Source: Auanema rhodensis (taxonomy: Eukaryota; Animalia; Nematoda). Taken from it: 64,000 nt of DNA. How positions within the stretch are numbered: position 1 is the first letter of the stretch; the number at the start of each line of letters is the position of its first letter. This document shows positions 56,214-64,000 of this stretch, piece after piece. Below the pieces are notes generated by a model that worked only from the letters and a program-made list of their open reading frames with translations, ran no database searches and had not been told where the DNA came from. The stretch spans positions 620,001-684,000 of the forward strand of contig CAXKVF010000076.1 in NCBI GenBank assembly GCA_964057225.1, read 5' to 3'. The translations under genes were made by a program, and so were the position numbers.

Positions 56214-56706
56214 ACCAAATACTGTAGATAATGTTCTCACCCCTCAAAAATCTTTTTTGTTTTCTATTTTATCAGGCTTTTTTTTTATTTGTAGTTCGTA
56301 CTTTTTCACACTTGTTTATGACCACATGGCAACAGTCCACCATTTATTTTTCTTCGTCCCTTCTCAACTCTTGTTACTTCGTCACTATTCCTATAGACAT
56401 TAGTCATACGGATCGGGCGCTAGTTACCTCCAAATTGCTAGAACGGGCTTGCCTCAGATCACGAGTACCACCGTACCTAACAACCACACTAGTGAGGTCA
56501 GCCATCGTGCTGAACAAACCCCATGCATACAACAAGAATTTTATTTGGCGGACTGTTCACTATTGATCTTAAATAAGCGAGCTCTTATCGAACTGGCAAT
56601 ATTAAAAATCCTTTTTCATGTTCTTATTGAATGGTTCTTAATTTTTTTCACTCAATTACTTAACAGCTATTTGTCTTAACCTGTGATATTGAACAATAAA
56701 CATTAA
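56214..56706 (+). other. LINE 3' UTR (~490 bp) with a T-rich tract, a GC-richer core and a terminal AATAAA / A(A/T)TAAAC repeat
   Basis: Lies between the ORF2 stop and the right TSD. T-rich tract at ~56252-56290, 52% GC at 56401-56520, AATAAAC at 56695-56701 followed by ATTAAAC at 56702-56708. Confidence 0.8.
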
Positions 56707-56712
56707 ACGTGT
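56707..56712 (+). repeat. Target-site duplication, right copy (ACGTGT)
   Basis: ...AATAAACATTAA|ACGTGT-ACATTTAATTAG. The first two bases (AC) may be shared with the element tail. Confidence 0.85.
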
Positions 56713-57523
56713 ACATTTAATTAGCATAAATTAAAGTTCACGTAAATTTCAAAGTCATGGTTACCATGCACCAATATCAATAAAAATTTGTTTTTAGACT
56801 AATATGGACATGGGGAATCTAATTTTGAAAACCGCATCTCTTTATCTTCCATGTGAAGCGAGTTACATACCAAGTGCACATCACGTGTACATTTAATTAG
56901 CATAAATTAAAGTTCACGTAAATTTCAAAGTCATGGTTACCATGAACCAATATCAATAAAAATTTGTTTTTAGACTAATATGGACATGGGGAATCTAATT
57001 TTGAAAACCGCATCACTTTATCTTTCACGTGAAGCGAGTTACATACCAAGTGCACATCACGTGTACATTTAATTAGCATAAATTAAAGTTCACGTAAATT
57101 TCAAAGTCATGGTTACCATGCACCAATATCAATAAAAATTTGTTTTTAGACTAATATGGACATGGGGAATCTAATTTTGAAAACCGCATCTCTTCATATT
57201 TCACGTGAAGCGAGTTACATACCAAGTGCACATCACGTGTACATTTAATTAGCATAAATTAAAGTTCACGTAAATTTCAAAGTCATGGTTACCATGCACC
57301 AATATCAATAAAAATTTGTTTTTAGACTAATATGGACATGGGGAATCTAATTTTGAAAACCGCATCTCTTTATCTTTCACGTGAAGCGAGTTACATACCA
57401 AGTGCACATCACGTGCACATTTAATTAGCATAAATTAAAGTTCACGTAAATTTCAAAGTCATGGTTACCATGCACCAATATCAATAAAAATTTGTTTTTA
57501 GACTAATATGGACATGGGGAATC

Positions 57524-57638
57524 TAATGTTGAAAACCGCATCTCTTTATCTTTCACGTGAAGCGAGTTACATACCATGGTTACCATGAAGCAATATCAAT
57601 AAAAATTTGTTTTTAGACTAATATGGACATGGGGAATC
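57524..57638. repeat. 115-bp deletion monomer, copy 4
   Basis: Same junction. Confidence 0.95.
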
Positions 57639-58694
57639 TAATTTTGAAAACCGCATCTCTTTATCTTTCACGTGAAGCGAGTTACATACCAAGTGCACAT
57701 CATGTGTACATTTAATTAGCATAAATTAAAGTTCACGTAAATTTCAAAGTCATGGTTACCATGAAGCAATATCAATAAAAATTTGTTTTTAGACTAATAT
57801 GGACATGGGGAATCTAATTTTGAAAACCGGATCTCTTTATCTTTCACGTGAAGCGAGTTACATACCAAGTGCACATCACGTGTACATTTAATTAGCATAA
57901 ATTAAAGTTCACGTAAATTTCAAAGTCATGGTTACCATGAACCAATATCAATAAAAATTTGTTTTTAGACTAATATGGACATGGGGAATCTAATTTTGAA
58001 AACCGCATCTCTTTATCTTTCACGTGAAGCGAGTTACATACCAAGTGCACATCACGTGTACATTTAATTAGCATAAATTAAAGTTCACGTAAATTTCAAA
58101 GTCATGGTTACCATGAAGCAATATCAATAAAAATTTGTTTTTAGACTAATATGGACATGGGGAATCTAATTTTGAAAACCGCATCTCTTTATCTTTCACG
58201 TGAAGCGAGTTACATACCAAGTGCACATCACGTGTACATTTAATTAGCATAAATTAAAGTTCACGTAAATTTCAAAGTCATGGTTACCATGAAGCAATAT
58301 CAATAAAAATTTGTTTTTAGACTAATATGGACATGGGGAATCTAATTTTGAAAACCGCATCTCTTTATCTTTCACGTGAAGCGAGTTACATACCAAGTGC
58401 ACATCACGTGTACATTTAATTAGCATAAATTAAAGTTCACGTAAATTTCAAAGTCATGGTTACCATGAACCAATATCAATAAAAATTTGTTTTTAGACTA
58501 ATATGGACATGGGGAATCTAATTTTGAAAACCGCATCTCTTTATCTTTCACGTGAAGCGAGTTACATACCAAGTGCACATCACGTGTACATTTAATTAGC
58601 ATAAATTAAAGTTCACGTAAATTTCAAAGTCATGGTTACCATGAACCAATATCAATAAAAATTTGTTTTTAGACTAATATGGACATGGGGAATC

Positions 58695-58937
58695 TAATTT
58701 TGAAAACCGCATCTCTTTATCTTTCACGTGAAGCGAGTTACATACCAAGTGCACACCACGTGTACATTTAATTAGCATAAATTAAAGTTCACGTAAATTT
58801 CAAAGTCATGGTTACCATGAACCAATATCAATATTTAATTAGCATAAATTAAAGTTCACGTAAATTTCAAAGTCATGGTTACCATGAACCAATATCAATA
58901 AAAATTTGTTTTTAGACTAATATGGACATGGGGAATC
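58695..58937. repeat. 243-bp monomer, copy 2
   Basis: Same junction at 58832/58833 and the same CACACCACGTG variant. Confidence 0.93.
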
Positions 58938-60521
58938 AAATTTTGAAAACCGCATCTCTTTATCTTTCACGTGAAGCGAGTTACATACCAAGTGCACATC
59001 ACGTGTACATTTAATTAGCATAAATTAAAGTTCACGTAAATTTCAAAGTCATGGTTACCATGAACCAATATCAATAAAAATTTGTTTTTAGACTAATATG
59101 GACATGGGGAATCTAATTTTGAAAACCGCATCACTTTATCTTTCACGTGAAGCGAGTTACATACCAAGTGCACATCACGTGTACATTTAATTAGCATAAA
59201 TTAAAGTTCACGTAAATTTCAAAGTCATGGTTACCACGCACCAATATCAATAAAAATTTGTTTTTAGACTAATATGGACATGGGGAATCTAATTTTGAAA
59301 ACCGCATCTCTTTATCTTTCACGTGAAGCGAGTTACATACCAAGTGCACATCACGTGTACATTTAATTAGCATAAATTAAAGTTCACGTAAATTTCAAAG
59401 TCATGGTTACCATGCACCAATATCAATAAAAATTTGTTTTTAGACTAATATGGACATGGGGAATCTAATTTTGAAAACCGCATCTCTTTATCTTCCACGT
59501 GAAGCGAGTTACATACCAAGTGCACATCACGTGTACATTTAATTAGCATAAATTAAAGTTCACGTAAATTTCAAAGTCATGGTTACCATGAACCAATATC
59601 AATAAAAATTTGTTTTTAGACTAATATGTACATGGGGAATCTAATTTTGAAAACCGCATCTCTTTATCTTTCACGTGAAGCGAGTTACATACCAAATGCA
59701 CATCACGTGTACATTTAATTAGCATAAATTAAAGTTCACGTAAATTTCAAAGTCATGGTTACCATGCACCAATATCAATAAAAATTTGTTTTTAGACTAA
59801 TATGGACATGGGGAACCTAATTTTGAAAACCGCATCTCTTTATCTTTCACGTGAAGCGAGTTACATACCAAGTGCACATCACGTGCACATTTAATTAGCA
59901 TAAATTAAAGTTCACGTAAATTTCAAAGTCATGGTTACCATGCACCAATATCAATAAAAATTTGTTTTTAGACTAATATGGACATGGGGAATCTAATGTT
60001 GAAAACCGCATCTCTTTATCTTTCACGTGAAGCGAGTTACATACCAAGTGCACATCACGTGTACATTTAATTAGCATAAATTAAAGTTCACGTAAATTTC
60101 AAAGTCATGGTTACCATGAACCAATATCAATAAAAATTTGTTTTTAGACTAATATGGACATGGGGAATCTAATTTTGAAAACCGCATCACTTTATCTTTC
60201 ACGTGAAGCGAGTTACATACCAAGTGCACATCACGTGTACATTTAATTAGCATAAATTAAAGTTCACGTAAATTTCAAAGTCATGGTTACCATGCACCAA
60301 TATCAATAAAAATTTGTTTTTAGACTAATATGGACATGGGGAATCTAATTTTGAAAACCGCATCTCTTTATCTTCCACGTGAAGCGAGTTACATACCAAG
60401 TGCACATCACGTGTACATTTAATTAGCATAAATTAAAGTTCACGTAAATTTCAAAGTCATGGTTACCATGCACCAATATCAATAAAAATTTGTTTTTAGA
60501 CTAATATGGACATGGGGAATC

Positions 60522-60636
60522 TAATTTTGAAAACCGCATCTCTTTATCTTTCACGTGAAGCGAGTTACATACCATGGTTACCATGAAGCAATATCAATAA
60601 AAATTTGTTTTTAGACTAATATGGACATGGGGAATC
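60522..60636. repeat. 115-bp deletion monomer, copy 5
   Basis: Same junction. Starts TAATTTT rather than the TAATGTT of the other six copies. Confidence 0.95.
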
Positions 60637-62220
60637 TAATTTTGAAAACCGCATCTCTTTATCTTTCACGTGAAGCGAGTTACATACCAAGTGCACATCA
60701 CGTGTACATTTAATTAGCATAAATTAAAGTTCACGTAAATTTCAAAGTCATGGTTACCATGAAGCAATATCAATAAAAATTTGTTTTTAGACTAATATGG
60801 ACATGGGGAATCTAATTTTGAAAACCGGATCTCTTTATCTTTCACGTGAAGCGAGTTACATACCAAGTGCACATCACGTGTACATTTAATTAGCATAAAT
60901 TAAAGTTCACGTAAATTTCAAAGTCATGGTTACCATGAACCAATATCAATAAAAATTTGTTTTTAGACTAATATGGACATGGGGAATCTAATTTTGAAAA
61001 CCGCATCTCTTTATCTTTCACGTGAAGCGAGTTACATACCAAGTGCACATCACGTGTACATTTAATTAGCATAAATTAAAGTTCACGTAAATTTCAAAGT
61101 CATGGTTACCATGAACCAATATCAATAAAAATTTGTTTTTAGACTAATATGGACATGGGGAATCTAATTTTGAAAACCGCATCTCTTTATCTTTCACGTG
61201 AAGCGAGTTACATACCAAGTGCACATCACGTGTACATTTAATTAGCATAAATTAAAGTTCACGTAAATTTCAAAGTCATGGTTACCATGAAGCAATATCA
61301 ATAAAAATTTGTTTTTAGACTAATATGGACATGGGGAATCTAATTTTGAAAACCGCATCTCTTTATCTTTCACGTGAAGCGAGTTACATACCAAGTGCAC
61401 ATCACGTGTACATTTAATTAGCATAAATTAAAGTTCACGTAAATTTCAAAGTCATGGTTACCATGAACCAATATCAATAAAAATTTGTTTTTAGACTAAT
61501 ATGGACATGGGGAATCTAATTTTGAAAACCGCATCTCTTTATCTTTCACGTGAAGCGAGTTACATACCAAGTGCACATCACGTGTACATTTAATTAGCAT
61601 AAATTAAAGTTCACGTAAATTTCAAAGTCATGGTTACCATGAACCAATATCAATAAAAATTTGTTTTTAGACTAATATGGACATGGGGAATCTAATTTTG
61701 AAAACCGCATCTCTTTATCTTTCACGTGAAGCGAGTTACATACCAAGTGCACATCACGTGTACATTTAATTAGCATAAATTAAAGTTCACGTAAATTTCA
61801 AAGTCATGGTTACCATGAACCAATATCAATAAAAATTTGTTTTTAGACTAATATGGACATGGGGAATCTAATTTTGAAAACCGCATCTCTTTATCTTTCA
61901 CGTGAAGCGAGTTACATACCAAGTGCACATCACGTGTACATTTAATTAGCATAAATTAAAGTTCACGTAAATTTCAAAGTCATGGTTACCATGAACCAAT
62001 ATCAATAAAAATTTGTTTTTAGACTAATATGGACATGGGGAATCTAATTTTGAAAACCGCATCTCTTTATCTTTCACGTGAAGCGAGTTACATACCAAGT
62101 GCACATCACGTGCACATTTAATTAGCATAAATTAAAGTTCACGTAAATTTCAAAGTCATGGTTACCATGCACCAATATCAATAAAAATTTGTTTTTAGAC
62201 TAATATGGACATGGGGAATC

Positions 62221-62335
62221 TAATGTTGAAAACCGCATCTCTTTATCTTTCACGTGAAGCGAGTTACATACCATGGTTACCATGAAGCAATATCAATAAA
62301 AATTTGTTTTTAGACTAATATGGACATGGGGAATC
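62221..62335. repeat. 115-bp deletion monomer, copy 6
   Basis: Same junction. Confidence 0.95.
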
Positions 62336-63391
62336 TAATTTTGAAAACCGCATCTCTTTATCTTTCACGTGAAGCGAGTTACATACCAAGTGCACATCAC
62401 GTGTACATTTAATTAGCATAAATTAAAGTTCACGTAAATTTCAAAGTCATGGTTACCATGAAGCAATATCAATAAAAATTTGTTTTTAGACTAATATGGA
62501 CATGGGGAATCTAATTTTGAAAACCGGATCTCTTTATCTTTCACGTGAAGCGAGTTACATACCAAGTGCACATCACGTGTACATTTAATTAGCATAAATT
62601 AAAGTTCACGTAAATTTCAAAGTCATGGTTACCATGAACCAATATCAATAAAAATTTGTTTTTAGACTAATATGGACATGGGGAATCTAATTTTGAAAAC
62701 CGCATCTCTTTATCTTTCACGTGAAGCGAGTTACATACCAAGTGCACATCACGTGTACATTTAATTAGCATAAATTAAAGTTCACGTAAATTTCAAAGTC
62801 ATGGTTACCATGAACCAATATCAATAAAAATTTGTTTTTAGACTAATATGGACATGGGGAATCTAATTTTGAAAACCGCATCTCTTTATCTTTCACGTGA
62901 AGCGAGTTACATACCAAGTGCACATCACGTGTACATTTAATTAGCATAAATTAAAGTTCACGTAAATTTCAAAGTCATGGTTACCATGAAGCAATATCAA
63001 TAAAAATTTGTTTTTAGACTAATATGGACATGGGGAATCTAATTTTGAAAACCGCATCTCTTTATCTTTCACGTGAAGCGAGTTACATACCAAGTGCACA
63101 TCACGTGTACATTTAATTAGCATAAATTAAAGTTCACGTAAATTTCAAAGTCATGGTTACCATGAACCAATATCAATAAAAATTTGTTTTTAGACTAATA
63201 TGGACATGGGGAATCTAATTTTGAAAACCGCATCTCTTTATCTTTCACGTGAAGCGAGTTACATACCAAGTGCACATCACGTGTACATTTAATTAGCATA
63301 AATTAAAGTTCACGTAAATTTCAAAGTCATGGTTACCATGAACCAATATCAATAAAAATTTGTTTTTAGACTAATATGGACATGGGGAATC

Positions 63392-63506
63392 TAATGTTGA
63401 AAACCGCATCTCTTTATCTTTCACGTGAAGCGAGTTACATACCATGGTTACCATGAAGCAATATCAATAAAAATTTGTTTTTAGACTAATATGGACATGG
63501 GGAATC
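63392..63506. repeat. 115-bp deletion monomer, copy 7
   Basis: Same junction. Confidence 0.95.
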
Positions 63507-64000
63507 TAATTTTGAAAACCGCATCTCTTTATCTTTCACGTGAAGCGAGTTACATACCAAGTGCACATCACGTGTACATTTAATTAGCATAAATTAAAGT
63601 TCACGTAAATTTCAAAGTCATGGTTACCATGAAGCAATATCAATAAAAATTTGTTTTTAGACTAATATGGACATGGGGAATCTAATTTTGAAAACCGGAT
63701 CTCTTTATCTTTCACGTGAAGCGAGTTACATACCAAGTGCACATCACGTGTACATTTAATTAGCATAAATTAAAGTTCACGTAAATTTCAAAGTCATGGT
63801 TACCATGAACCAATATCAATAAAAATTTGTTTTTAGACTAATATGGACATGGGGAATCTAATTTTGAAAACCGCATCTCTTTATCTTTCACGTGAAGCGA
63901 GTTACATACCAAGTGCACATCACGTGTACATTTAATTAGCATAAATTAAAGTTCACGTAAATTTCAAAGTCATGGTTACCATGAACCAATATCAATAAAA

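Larger units (their letters stand above)
55744..56706 (+). mobile_element. 5'-truncated non-LTR retrotransposon (LINE, CR1/L2 group), 963 bp
   Basis: It is the only non-satellite sequence in the window. It encodes YVRPILEYASVIWSP...IEMVQKKFLR...LSTRRQVTDL...TWNDLPENLV...FKKHL, the characteristic post-RT C-terminal region of CR1/L2-group ORF2. This is followed by a 3' UTR and a short AATAAAC-ATTAAAC tail. ACGTGT is duplicated on both sides, and the array phase shifts by exactly 969 = 963+6 bp. Confidence 0.92.
56707..64000. repeat. 176-bp tandem satellite array, right of the insertion
   Basis: The same monomer resumes at monomer position 64 (ACGTGTACATTTAATTAG...) in the same orientation and runs off the window end. 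Confidence 0.98.

Noticed and set aside
56401-56560. Hammerhead/HDV ribozyme, tRNA or snRNA in the 3' UTR
   Set aside because: No CUGANGA/GAAA core on either strand, no HDV L3 consensus beyond ACCUCC, no tRNA A/B boxes, and only a loose Sm-like U tract.
56449-56679. 76-aa ORF in the insert
   Set aside because: Starts at TTG, lies in the LINE 3' UTR, overlaps another ORF and has no recognisable motif.
55744-56706. piggyBac-type DNA transposon (insert begins TTAACC and ends TTAA)
   Set aside because: No terminal inverted repeats beyond TTAA, the satellite target has no TTAA at this point, the real duplication is ACGTGT, and the protein is LINE ORF2-like.
1-64000. CRISPR array
   Set aside because: The repeats are contiguous 176-bp units with no unique spacers and no cas genes.

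Overview
Almost the whole window is one head-to-tail, single-orientation array of a 176-bp AT-rich satellite (~32% GC, ~360 monomers, typically 0-3 substitutions from consensus). Its size and homogeneity suggest eukaryotic centromeric or pericentromeric satellite DNA. The only non-satellite sequence is a 963-bp insert at 55744-56706. It is a 5'-truncated non-LTR retrotransposon of the CR1/L2 group, with an ORF2 C-terminus, a ~490-bp 3' UTR and an AATAAAC/ATTAAAC tail, flanked by a 6-bp target-site duplication (ACGTGT). The insertion fuses a satellite-encoded ATG and 28 codons in frame to the LINE ORF2 fragment, giving a 184-aa chimeric ORF. Length-variant monomers are seven 115-bp deletion units, two 243-bp duplication units and one 174-bp unit. 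Rare SNPs reveal nested block duplications of 7, 10, 16, 37-38 and 47-49 monomers, plus one at a ~7.6-kb offset. The monomer is dense in palindromes and carries three phased TCACGT motifs and a CENP-B-box-like 17-mer. No host genes, RNA genes or CRISPR arrays are supported. The organism cannot be named from the sequence; the CR1-type LINE suggests an animal.
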